A model generated the notes under the pieces. The model did no database searches and was not told where the DNA came from. It worked only from the letters and a program-made list of their open reading frames with translations. From an uncultured Eubacteriales bacterium (lineage in GTDB: Bacteria; Bacillota; Clostridia; Christensenellales; Aristaeellaceae), in contig CACWXP010000027.1 in the NCBI GenBank assembly GCA_902764875.1, positions 1,823 through 65,822 on the forward strand: DNA of 64,000 bases. The letters run 5' to 3'. Position numbers and translations under genes: made by a program. Positions 17,894-27,493 of this stretch are shown one piece after another. The number at the start of each line of letters is the position of its first letter. Positions within the stretch are counted from its first letter, which is position 1.

Positions 17894-19138
17894 ATGAAGA
17901 AGATGCTGTCTGTGCTGCTGGCTGCGATCATGATGATCTCACTGCTGGCCGTGCCGGCCCTGGCGGAAGACGCCAAGGTGCTGACCGTGGTGACATGGGA
18001 TGCCACCACCACCCCTTACCTGGTTGCCCAGAAGGAAGCTTTTGAAGCCTCCCACCCCGGCGTGACCATTGAGTATGTGGACGTTGCTTCGCAGGATTAT
18101 GCGGTGAAGACGACGACCATGCTCGAAGGCGGAGATACCAGCGACGTTTTCATGGTCAAGGAAATCGACAATCTGATCAACTGGCAGGCCCAGGGCTTCG
18201 CCGCTCCGCTGAAGGATTTTGACAAGGACTATGATTACTCCGGCTTCAAGGGCACCGAAGTGAACTACGCGGTGGACGGCGTACAGTACGCGATCCCGTT
18301 CCGCAGCGACTTCTGGGTGCTGTTCTACAACAAGGATCTGTTTGACGCGGCCGGAGTTGAGTATCCGACCAACGACATGACCTGGGATGCGTATGCTGAA
18401 CTGGCCAAGAAACTGACCGACAAGGAAAAGGGCGTCTACGGAACCCACTACCACACCTGGCTGAGCGCCGTTGTGAACTGGGCGGTCTGCGACGGCGTGA
18501 ACACGCTGGCCGACAAGAACTATGACGATCTGCTTTACTTCTACAAGCTGTATCAGGATCTGGAAGACGCCGGCGCCTGCATGAGCTATGCGGACCTGAA
18601 GGCCTCCGGACTCCACTATTCCGCGGCGTTTGCCAACGGCAACATTGCCATGCTGCCCATGGGCTACTGGTACGTTTCCACGCTGATCGGATACAACAAG
18701 GACGGCACCTGCAACTTCAACTGGGGTATCGTTGCTGTTCCGCATGCGGACGGCGTTGCTGCCGGATCTTCCTTCGGCAACCTGACCGGCGCGATGATTA
18801 ACGAGAAGTCCGAACAGAAGGAACTGGCCTGGGAATACATCTCCTGGCTGGGCGGTGAAGAAGGCGCTGCCGCGACGGCTTCCGTCGGCGCGCGTCCCGC
18901 ATGGGTTTCCGAGAATGTTGCCACTGTGATGTCTTCCGTGGAAGGATTCCCGGCAGACGAAAACAGCAAGGCCGCGCTGCTGCCTTCCGCTGTTGCGATG
19001 GAGTGGCCGGTGGCCGAGAAGGTTTCCGACATCAAGACGATCGTAAACGAAGAGCACAGCCTGATCATGGCCCGCGAAGTGACGCCCGAAGAAGGCATCG
19101 AAGAGATGAACGAGCGCGTGGCTGAACTGTTTGAATAA
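17894..19138 (+). CDS. ABC sugar transporter substrate-binding protein
   Basis: Signal peptide MKKMLSVLLAAIMMISLLAVPALA and an extracellular solute-binding family-1 look. GGAGG RBS. Followed by two permease genes. Confidence 0.9.
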   Translation: MKKMLSVLLAAIMMISLLAVPALAEDAKVLTVVTWDATTTPYLVAQKEAFEASHPGVTIEYVDVASQDYAVKTTTMLEGGDTSDVFMVKEIDNLINWQAQGFAAPLKDFDKDYDYSGFKGTEVNYAVDGVQYAIPFRSDFWVLFYNKDLFDAAGVEYPTNDMTWDAYAELAKKLTDKEKGVYGTHYHTWLSAVVNWAVCDGVNTLADKNYDDLLYFYKLYQDLEDAGACMSYADLKASGLHYSAAFANGNIAMLPMGYWYVSTLIGYNKDGTCNFNWGIVAVPHADGVAAGSSFGNLTGAMINEKSEQKELAWEYISWLGGEEGAAATASVGARPAWVSENVATVMSSVEGFPADENSKAALLPSAVAMEWPVAEKVSDIKTIVNEEHSLIMAREVTPEEGIEEMNERVAELFE

Positions 19139-19225
19139 TCCACTGCGTTTGATCCGGTAACCCCCGGCAGGGAAGGCGCTTGCCTTCCCTGCCATTTTCA
19201 AAAGAGGGAAAGGAAGAAACCATCT

Positions 19226-20182
19226 ATGAGTCAGGCGGAAGCAAGAAAAGTCCGATACAAAATGGGGAAACTGGAAAGAAAGAATACGCTGATCGCCTAT
19301 TCTTTCCTGGCGCCGAACTTTATCGGCTTTGCCGTCTTCACACTGGTTCCCGTGATCTGCGCGATCGCGCTGTCGCTGTTTGAGTGGAACGGCGGTGACA
19401 TCTCCAAACTGAAGTTTGTCGGGCTGGACAACTATGCGACGATCTTTGCCACCAAGAAGGTGGCTGAGAAAGGCCTTGGTTATTTCTTCGACCGGGCGGA
19501 CCTGGGTATCGCACTGAAAAACACCGTATTCTATACGATTGTGACGGTGCCGCTGACCATTGCGTGCGCACTGATTCTGGCCCTGCTGCTGAATAAGATC
19601 CGGGGCGCCGTGTTCTTCCGGACGGTTTTCTTCTTCCCCTATGTATCCTCCATGGTGGCAATCTGCGTGTGCTGGTCCTTTATGCTGATGAAGGACGGCC
19701 CGGTGAACCAGATGATCATGGCGCTGGGCATCAATTTCAACAGAGGATGGACCGCGGACAGCACGATGGCGATCTGGTCCATTATCCTGGTGAGCGTCTG
19801 GCGGAATATGGGATATTACATGGTGCTTTACCTGGCCGCACTGCAGGGCATTCCCCGGGAACTGACAGAGGCGGCTACCGTGGACGGCGCCAACAAATGG
19901 CAGCAGTTCCTGCATGTGACACTGCCGCAGCTGAAACCGACAACCTTCTTTGTTTCCGTGATGATGGTGATCTCCTGCTTCAAGATTTACGACGTGGTCG
20001 CAATCATGACCGACGGCGGGCCGGGACGATCCACCAAGATGCTTGTCACCTATATCTACGACGAAGCTTTCGTCAAGGTACGGTACGGACAGGCGAGCGC
20101 CATCTCCATGGTGCTGCTGGTGATCGTTCTGCTGGTGACCATTATTCAATTCGGCTCCGAGAAGAAATTCTCCAACGATTGA
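19226..20182 (+). CDS. ABC sugar transporter permease (MalF/UgpA-like)
   Basis: 6-TM permease with an EAA-type loop (LAALQGIPRELTEAATVDGA). Confidence 0.9.
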   Translation: MSQAEARKVRYKMGKLERKNTLIAYSFLAPNFIGFAVFTLVPVICAIALSLFEWNGGDISKLKFVGLDNYATIFATKKVAEKGLGYFFDRADLGIALKNTVFYTIVTVPLTIACALILALLLNKIRGAVFFRTVFFFPYVSSMVAICVCWSFMLMKDGPVNQMIMALGINFNRGWTADSTMAIWSIILVSVWRNMGYYMVLYLAALQGIPRELTEAATVDGANKWQQFLHVTLPQLKPTTFFVSVMMVISCFKIYDVVAIMTDGGPGRSTKMLVTYIYDEAFVKVRYGQASAISMVLLVIVLLVTIIQFGSEKKFSND

Positions 20183-20198
20183 GGAAGGAGGGACGCAT

Positions 20199-21065
20199 AT
20201 GGAAACGGCTTTGCACAGCAAAGAAATCCGGAAGGACAATCCTGTACTGCGCAAGATCCTGCGGGTGATCATCTGGATCCTGCTGATTGCGCTGGCGGCG
20301 TTTACCCTGATTCCGTTCGTATGGATGATTTCCTCTTCACTGAAACTGGACCGGGAAGTCTTTGCCTTCCCGATGCGCTGGATTCCGGAAACCTTCCATT
20401 GGGAAAACTACTCCCTGATCTGGCAGAGGGTTCCGCTGCTGACCTATTTCAAGAATACGGCGTTTATCGCGATCGTGGTGACGATCCTGCAGACGTTGAC
20501 TTCCTCCTTTGCGGCCTACGCGTTCGCAAAGCTTAACTTCCGCGGACGGGACGCGCTGTTCCTCTGCTATATCGGTACGATTGCCGTGCCGTGGCAGGCC
20601 TATATGCTGCCGCAGTTCATTATGATGCGCTCGATGGGACTGTACGACACGCTGTGGGCCATGGTGGTGCTGCAGGCGTTCTCCGCTTTTGGTGTTTTCC
20701 TGATGCGTCAGTTCTACCGGTCGATCCCTACGGAGCTGTGCGAAGCGGCCCGGCTGGACGGACTGAGCGAATATGGCATCTGGGCGCGGATTATGCTGCC
20801 GCTGTCCAAAGCGGCGATTGCGACGCTGGTGATTTTCACTTTCGTCAATACCTGGAACGACTACATGGGCCCCATGATCTACCTCACCCGGGACGTCAAC
20901 AAGACGGTGCAGGTTGGTCTGCGGCGCTTTATTCAGGAGAACTCCAGCGATTATCACCTGATTATGGCGGCGTCCCTGTGTTCCCTGGTGCCGGTTTCCA
21001 TCGTATTCCTTTGCCTGCAGCGGTACTTTATTGAAGGGATCGCGACCTCGGGGCTGAAAGGCTGA
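20199..21065 (+). CDS. ABC sugar transporter permease (MalG/UgpE-like)
   Basis: 6-TM permease with an EAA loop (SIPTELCEAARLDGLSEYG). AGGAGGG RBS. Confidence 0.9.
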   Translation: METALHSKEIRKDNPVLRKILRVIIWILLIALAAFTLIPFVWMISSSLKLDREVFAFPMRWIPETFHWENYSLIWQRVPLLTYFKNTAFIAIVVTILQTLTSSFAAYAFAKLNFRGRDALFLCYIGTIAVPWQAYMLPQFIMMRSMGLYDTLWAMVVLQAFSAFGVFLMRQFYRSIPTELCEAARLDGLSEYGIWARIMLPLSKAAIATLVIFTFVNTWNDYMGPMIYLTRDVNKTVQVGLRRFIQENSSDYHLIMAASLCSLVPVSIVFLCLQRYFIEGIATSGLKG

Positions 21066-21087
21066 ACCGGAGAAGAAGGTGTATCGG

Positions 21088-22890
21088 ATGAAGATTGAAC
21101 AGAATCCCCTGCGTACGCGGGAAGACCTCCGGCGGGCGGCCGCCGAACTGCTGCAGCCGCTGACAGAATGCATGACGCCGGGAAAAGCCCGGATCTATGT
21201 CGGACAGGGTTCTGCTCATTATTCGGAAGACGTGGCCGGTATGGAATGCTGGTCAAGGGCGCTGTGGGCGCAGGTGCCGATGCTGGCCGGAAAATGTCCG
21301 GAAGCGGAGGAACTTTGGCCGCTGTGGCTGGAAGGCATGATCCACGGGACGGATCCCAAGCACGACGAGTACTGGGGAAGCATAACCAACAGCGACCAGC
21401 GGATGGTTGAGATGGCAGTCATGGGCTGCGGACTGTGCTTTGCCCCGAAGGCTTTTTTCGAACCCCTTACAGAAATGCAGCGGCAGAACCTTTACCTGTG
21501 GCTGAACCAGATCAACGAATACGACATGCCGAAGAACAACTGGCGCTTCTTCCGCATCCTGGTCAACATCGGCTTTCTGGAGAACGGTTTACCGGTGGAT
21601 GAAAAACGGATGCAGGAAGATATGGATCTGATCGAAAGCCATTACACCGCAGACGGATGGTATTTTGATTATCCGACGAAACGGGATTACTATACGCTGT
21701 GGGGCTTCCATTTTTACAGTCTGCTGTACGCGGCGGTGATGGCGCAGCGGGATCCGGAACGGTGCGCACGAATCCGGCAGCGGGCAGCGCTGATCGCGCC
21801 GCGCTTCGCCTGCTGGTTTGACCGGGAGGGCAGGGGACTGCCGTACGGGCGCAGTCTGACCTATCGCTTCTGTCAGAGTTCCTTCTGGGCAGCGATGATT
21901 TTCGCCGGGGTCCGGTGTGACACGATGACGACCGGACAAATGAAGCATATTCTGCTGAACAATCTGCGCTTCTGGCTGAAGATGCCGATTTTTGACCGGG
22001 GCGGGGCGCTGACGGTGGGATACGGATATCCCAACCTCTGCACGGCGGAGGGATACAATGCCCAGGGATCTCCCTACTGGGCGATGAAGACATTCTGGAT
22101 TCTGGCATTACCGGAAGAACATCCGTTCTGGCAGACAGAAGAAGAGGAGTACATGCCTCCGGAACGGTTCCTGGATTCACAGGTTCGGCTGCTGCTGACC
22201 CGGGATCCGGCAAACCGGCAGGTCGTTGCCTATACCGCGGGAAATCATGCATGGGAGCACATGCATGAGGACGAAAAATACGAGAAATTCGCCTATTCGA
22301 CACAGTTCGCTTTTTCGGTGGCCAAGGAGGATAACGCGTTGAATCGCGGAGCCTACGATTCCATGCTGGCCCTGAAAGCCGAAGGAAAGGATCTGTGGCA
22401 TGTACGCAGCGGATGCGACCGCTTTGAGCTGCAGGAAGACCGGATATTGTTTACCTGGTCCCCGATGAACGGAGTCGTGATTGACACGGTGATCGCTCCC
22501 TGCGGGATGTGGCATGTGCGGAAGCATGTGATCCGGACAGAGTTTCCGGTCGAAGCGGCCGAAGGCGCTTTTTCCATACCGAAGGATTGGGCAGGAGACA
22601 GACCCTGCGACCGGATTCGTTCGGAAACAAAGGCGGACGATGTGTCTGCTTCGGCACACGGCGATCGCGGGAGCAGCGCGATCTATGCACTGCAGGGCTA
22701 TACAAAGGGCGAAGTGATCCACACCGAACCCAACACAAACCTGATGGCGCCGCGCTGCGTGCTGCCCATGTTGCACAGCCGGATTGAACCGGGCACACGC
22801 GTATTGATGTGCGCGGTGTTCACAGACACGGGGGACTTTTTACCGGAACAGATTCCGAAGGAGGTGCTTGATCTTGCCGGATCGCTATGA
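21088..22890 (+). CDS. DUF2264-family protein (uncharacterised, CAZyme-associated)
   Basis: The N-terminus NPLRTREDLRRAAAELLQPL...GKARIYVGQGSAHYSEDVAGMECWSRALWA matches my recollection of DUF2264. Sits between the ABC permeases and GH88. Confidence 0.75.
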   Translation: MKIEQNPLRTREDLRRAAAELLQPLTECMTPGKARIYVGQGSAHYSEDVAGMECWSRALWAQVPMLAGKCPEAEELWPLWLEGMIHGTDPKHDEYWGSITNSDQRMVEMAVMGCGLCFAPKAFFEPLTEMQRQNLYLWLNQINEYDMPKNNWRFFRILVNIGFLENGLPVDEKRMQEDMDLIESHYTADGWYFDYPTKRDYYTLWGFHFYSLLYAAVMAQRDPERCARIRQRAALIAPRFACWFDREGRGLPYGRSLTYRFCQSSFWAAMIFAGVRCDTMTTGQMKHILLNNLRFWLKMPIFDRGGALTVGYGYPNLCTAEGYNAQGSPYWAMKTFWILALPEEHPFWQTEEEEYMPPERFLDSQVRLLLTRDPANRQVVAYTAGNHAWEHMHEDEKYEKFAYSTQFAFSVAKEDNALNRGAYDSMLALKAEGKDLWHVRSGCDRFELQEDRILFTWSPMNGVVIDTVIAPCGMWHVRKHVIRTEFPVEAAEGAFSIPKDWAGDRPCDRIRSETKADDVSASAHGDRGSSAIYALQGYTKGEVIHTEPNTNLMAPRCVLPMLHSRIEPGTRVLMCAVFTDTGDFLPEQIPKEVLDLAGSL

Positions 22891-23983
22891 GGAAGCGTTG
22901 GGACGGATTGCCCAAAAAATCAGGAAAAAAGCGGAAATGGCTGCAAGGGACGCAATGATCCCTTACCGGAGCGCGGAAGGAAAATGGATCGGCAATCCAT
23001 ACGACGGGAACAGCTGGTGGACCGGCGGTTTCTGGCCGGGACTGATGTGGCAATTGTGGCATCTGACCGGGGACGCGTTCTTCCTGGAAGAAGCGCGGCG
23101 GGTCGGGGAACTCCTGACGGATGAATTCCGGACATTCCGCCGGCTGAATCACGACGTGGGTTTTATGTATCTGCTTTCTGTCGGGGCAGAGGCGAAACTG
23201 ACCGGGGACGAACAGGCGGAAACGGATTTGCTGCACGCAGCATCGCTGCTGATGGGCCGGTTTAATCCGGCAGGATTCATCCGGGCATGGAACGAACCGG
23301 AACGGGTTGGGTTTGCGATTATTGACTGTATGATGAACCTGACGCTGCTGTACCGGGCCAGCCGGGATACCGGGGATCCGCGGTTCCGGCAGGTTGCGAA
23401 GATCCATGCGGATACCACGATGCGGGAATTCCTTCGGGAAGACGGCTCAGTGAGCCATATCATTGAGTTTGATCCGGAAACGGGAAAACGGGTGCGGGAA
23501 CATCCGGGCCAGGGATATGCCCTCGGAACGCAGTGGAGCCGGGGACAGGCCTGGGGCCTGTACGGATTTGCGCTGGCATACCGCCATCTGAAGGATCCGA
23601 AATATCTGGAGACGGCGAAAAAAATCGCCGGAAACTTTATTACCCATATTCGACCCGACGGCTTGACGGACTGCGATTTCATGCAGCCGGAAGGCGAGGA
23701 GAGAATCGACAATATTGCCGGCGCGATTGCGGCCTGCGGGCTGCAGGAACTGGCAAACCTGACGGGAGACGAAACGTGGAAGCAGGCCGCGGAACGGCTG
23801 ACGGACGGACTGCTGGATCACTGCGCAGACTGGGGTGAAAGCCGGTGCGGGATTCTGACGCACTGCACCGCGAGCTATCACGACGACGGCGCAGGGCGGC
23901 ATACGAACATTCTTTACGGGGACTATTTCCTGACAGAGGCACTGATGCGGCTTTGCGGAAAGGATCCGGAGCTGTGGAGCTGA
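22868..23983 (+). CDS. GH88-type unsaturated glucuronyl hydrolase
   Basis: NSWWTGGFWPGLMWQLW, HDVGFMY and WSRGQAWGLYGF are typical GH88 motifs. TTG start (22868 or 22874) after GAAGGAGG. Overlaps the DUF2264 gene end. Confidence 0.85.
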   Translation: MILPDRYEEALGRIAQKIRKKAEMAARDAMIPYRSAEGKWIGNPYDGNSWWTGGFWPGLMWQLWHLTGDAFFLEEARRVGELLTDEFRTFRRLNHDVGFMYLLSVGAEAKLTGDEQAETDLLHAASLLMGRFNPAGFIRAWNEPERVGFAIIDCMMNLTLLYRASRDTGDPRFRQVAKIHADTTMREFLREDGSVSHIIEFDPETGKRVREHPGQGYALGTQWSRGQAWGLYGFALAYRHLKDPKYLETAKKIAGNFITHIRPDGLTDCDFMQPEGEERIDNIAGAIAACGLQELANLTGDETWKQAAERLTDGLLDHCADWGESRCGILTHCTASYHDDGAGRHTNILYGDYFLTEALMRLCGKDPELWS

Positions 23984-24008
23984 AAAACAAAGTCTGGAGG
24001 ATTGAAAG

Positions 24009-25751
24009 ATGAGCACACTGTATCCGCAAAACAACGCAGCAAGGACGATACTTGATCTGGGCGGTATCTGGGATTTCCGCTTTCAGGGAGATGAGAACTG
24101 GCAGACGATTGCGGTTCCGGCTTCCTACAATGATCAGGATCCGGATCCCCGGTTCCGCAACTTTGCGGGCATCGTGGAATACCGGAGAAAGATCACGATT
24201 CCGCGGGCATGGAAAGATCTGCGGGTCTGTCTGCGCTTTGACGCGGTGACACATAATGCCCGGGTTCTCCTGAACGGGAAGGAAATTGCGAAACACCGGG
24301 GCGGTTTTCTGCCTTTTGAGGTGGAACTTGAGGGACTGCTCGGACCGGGAGAAACCGCGGAGCTGACCGTCGAAGCGGATAACCGGATCAATCACTCCAC
24401 ACTGCCCATCGGGACGGAAGGGGAAACAGCGTTCTTCGGATCCGACAATCCGGGCATTCCATCGGTAGAAGCGGGCAAGAAGTTTCAGGAGGAACGGGGA
24501 ATCAACCGGCCTGCGTTCGATTTCTTTAATTATGCGGGTATTCAGCGGGCGGTGCGTCTGGTTGCCACACCGAAGCAATATATCCGGGATATCACCCTTG
24601 TGCCTTCGATGAACGGGGAAGTCCGCTATACCGTTGAAATCGAAGGGGACAGCGGAACGGTTCAGATCGAAGTGCTGGATGCGGAAGGCAATACGGTTGC
24701 CCATGGCGAGGGATTGGAAGGAACCCTGACCATCGAGCAGCCGAAGCTGTGGGAACCGTGGCCGGGGACACCGTATCTTTACACCGCGCGAATCCGGTTT
24801 GGGGAGGACCTGTATGAACAGACCTTCGGAATCCGCGAAATCCGGGTGGATGGAACCCGGTTCCTGATTAACGGGAAACCTTTCCGGTTCCACGGCCCGT
24901 GCAAACATGAGGACAGTCCTTTCCGCGGACGGGGAAGCGATCCCTGCGTGAATGTGACGGATCTTCACCTGTATCACTGGCTGAACGCGAACTGCTTCCG
25001 GACCAGCCATTATCCCTATGCGGAGGAAATGTATCAGCTTTGCGACCGGGAGGGAATCGTCATCGTGGACGAAACCCCGGCGGTCGGCATGTGGTCCAGC
25101 GAAAACTATGGCTGGGGTCTTGGAGAATATCACCGGCAGATCCTGCTGGATATGATTGCGCGGGACAAGAACCATCCGTGCGTCGTCATGTGGAGCCTCG
25201 GCAATGAACCGGATACGGATTCATTGCCGGACAAGGCATACGACTACTGGCGTCCGCTGTATGATGCTGCCCATCAGGCGGATCCGCAGAACCGCCCGGT
25301 GACCGTGGTCGGATGCCAGAACCGGTATGAACGGGACCGGGTGATCTGTTCCATGGATGTGGTGCTGATTAACCGGTATTACGGATGGTATAATCTGAGC
25401 GGCGATCTGGAAGCAGCGAAGTATGCATTCCGGACGGAACTGGACTGGTGGGCGAAACAGGGGAAACCGATCATCCTGTCCGAATACGGTGCGGATACAA
25501 TTGCGGGTTTCCACGGGGCGACGCCGGAAATGTTCACGGAAGAATATCAGGTCGCTTTCTATGAAGCGATCAGCGAATGTCTGGATGAACGGGACTTCGT
25601 GATCGGGGAGATGCCCTGGAACTTTGCAGACTTTGCCACCTGCCAGGGACCGATGCGCGTCGGCGGAAACAAGAAGGGCCTGTTTACGCGCGACCGGAAA
25701 CCGAAAATGGCAGCACATTACTTTAAAAAGAGATGGGCGGAGGCTTTTTAA
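24009..25751 (+). CDS. uidA: GH2 beta-glucuronidase
   Basis: Collinear with E. coli UidA from memory: LRFDAVTHNARV, FDFFNYAGIQR, RTSHYPYAEEM, ARDKNHPCVVMWSLGNEPD, INRYYGWY, WNFADFATCQGPMRVGGNKKGLFTRDRKPK. Confidence 0.93.
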   Translation: MSTLYPQNNAARTILDLGGIWDFRFQGDENWQTIAVPASYNDQDPDPRFRNFAGIVEYRRKITIPRAWKDLRVCLRFDAVTHNARVLLNGKEIAKHRGGFLPFEVELEGLLGPGETAELTVEADNRINHSTLPIGTEGETAFFGSDNPGIPSVEAGKKFQEERGINRPAFDFFNYAGIQRAVRLVATPKQYIRDITLVPSMNGEVRYTVEIEGDSGTVQIEVLDAEGNTVAHGEGLEGTLTIEQPKLWEPWPGTPYLYTARIRFGEDLYEQTFGIREIRVDGTRFLINGKPFRFHGPCKHEDSPFRGRGSDPCVNVTDLHLYHWLNANCFRTSHYPYAEEMYQLCDREGIVIVDETPAVGMWSSENYGWGLGEYHRQILLDMIARDKNHPCVVMWSLGNEPDTDSLPDKAYDYWRPLYDAAHQADPQNRPVTVVGCQNRYERDRVICSMDVVLINRYYGWYNLSGDLEAAKYAFRTELDWWAKQGKPIILSEYGADTIAGFHGATPEMFTEEYQVAFYEAISECLDERDFVIGEMPWNFADFATCQGPMRVGGNKKGLFTRDRKPKMAAHYFKKRWAEAF

Positions 25752-25829
25752 AGTGAAAAGGAAACGGAGTAAGCGAAAAATGGGTGGAATTGATCCGTTG
25801 CAGCAATTTTCCGTGAAACAACCGCAGAC

Positions 25830-25858
25830 TTGCCAATTCCTTCCAACTCTGATATAAT
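25830..25858 (+). promoter_or_regulatory. Promoter upstream of the GGDEF gene
   Basis: TTGCCA, 17 nt, TATAAT. Leaves a 5' leader of about 105 nt. Confidence 0.6.
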
Positions 25859-25968
25859 CTATTATTCAGGTTGCAATTGTTTGAGTAAACGGCACTTTTT
25901 TCCAGACCCGGGAAAGGTGCAGGACGATCAAAGACCGGTATCAGGAACCGGACTGGAGGCATAAGGCG

Positions 25969-27327
25969 ATGCATGGGCTGAAGGAAAAGGAGGAAAAGGG
26001 AATCTCCCTGAAGACCACGTCCATACTGATGGTGATCATTTCTGTGATTATCGCCGCGGCGCTTCTGGTTACGGGGGTTCGCGCGTTCCGGAGCTTTAAG
26101 GCGATGGAAAAGACGACGGACAATTATATCGCACTGACGGAAGCGGCTTCCGAGCTGATGAACGCATCGGACTATCTGACAGAAGAGGTCCAGTGCTTTA
26201 CGGTTATGGGTGACCGGAAGCACATGGAGAATTACTTCACGGAAGCGAACACGTTACGCCGCCGGGACAATGCCCTTGCCGTGCTGGAAAAGGAAATGCC
26301 GGGCAGCCAGGCGCTGCAGGAGCTGGGAGAGAGCATGGCCGAATCCGTCGCACTGATGGACCGGGAATTCTATGCCATGCGGCTGATGCTGGCAGCGCAG
26401 GGATCTTACGACATGCCGGAAGAAGTGAAGAACGTAACGCTCAGCGATGCCGACAGCGCGCTTGGCCCGGATGAAAAAATCAGGCTGGCACAGCAGATGG
26501 TTCATGATGAAACCTATTATTCTCAGAAAAACCGGATTCGCGCGAACATGGCGGAATGCCTGACCGCACTGAAAAACGGTACCCACGGAAATCAGCAGGC
26601 GATGGAGGACCGCGCCTTTCACGATCTGGTGTGGATGCTGGCGCTGGTTGTGATTCAGACGCTGGGCATTCTTGTGATGATGTGGATCACGACGCACCTG
26701 GGGGTGAACCCGGTTGTGCAGGCTGTGGATCACATCAAAAAGGACCAGAAACTCCCGATCATCGGCGCGGCCGAGTTCCGGTATCTGGCGGGTACGTATA
26801 ACACGATGTACAACGCCTACAAGAAAAGCATCGAGAGCCTGAACTACAAGGCATCCCACGACGAGCTGACAGGAACCTATAACCGCGCGGGATATGATCT
26901 GATCCGGGACAGCCTGGATATGAAAACTACGGCGATGCTTCTGCTGGACGCGGATGTTTTCAAGAGCGTAAACGATCAGTACGGCCACGAAACAGGGGAC
27001 CGGGTGCTGCAGAGAATCGCGACTGTGCTGAAAAGCAATTTCCGTTCGGATGACTATATCTGCCGCATCGGCGGGGATGAGTTCGTGGTGTTCATGGTGC
27101 ATCTGAATATGGAACCGAAACAGCTGATAGAACATAAAGTGGCCCAGATCAACGCGGATCTGAGCAGCGAAGCAGACGGAGTGCCGCCGATTTCCCTCAG
27201 CGTAGGCGTTTCCTATGAGCCGGAAGGAATCGATCCGGACGAAATGTTCCGGCAGGCGGATATTGCCCTGTACAACGTCAAAGAAAACGGAAGGAACGGA
27301 TGCTGCTTCTATACTGATGCGGCATAA
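25969..27327 (+). CDS. Membrane-anchored diguanylate cyclase (GGDEF)
   Basis: Two TM segments flank a sensor region of about 190 aa. C-terminal GGDEF domain with RIGGDEFVVF and DELTGTYNRAG. Confidence 0.9.
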   Translation: MHGLKEKEEKGISLKTTSILMVIISVIIAAALLVTGVRAFRSFKAMEKTTDNYIALTEAASELMNASDYLTEEVQCFTVMGDRKHMENYFTEANTLRRRDNALAVLEKEMPGSQALQELGESMAESVALMDREFYAMRLMLAAQGSYDMPEEVKNVTLSDADSALGPDEKIRLAQQMVHDETYYSQKNRIRANMAECLTALKNGTHGNQQAMEDRAFHDLVWMLALVVIQTLGILVMMWITTHLGVNPVVQAVDHIKKDQKLPIIGAAEFRYLAGTYNTMYNAYKKSIESLNYKASHDELTGTYNRAGYDLIRDSLDMKTTAMLLLDADVFKSVNDQYGHETGDRVLQRIATVLKSNFRSDDYICRIGGDEFVVFMVHLNMEPKQLIEHKVAQINADLSSEADGVPPISLSVGVSYEPEGIDPDEMFRQADIALYNVKENGRNGCCFYTDAA

Positions 27328-27493
27328 TAAAGTGACCCGGCAGCAGAATCATTACCCGTAATTATGATAATTCCCGCTGCAATCGTAATAACTGATGATC
27401 ACATTGTCGCATGCATCGCTTAACCAGCAGGAAGTATCTTCAAAATCGTTTTTACATTTATTTACTACCATATCAATGGAGACGACTTCTTTG

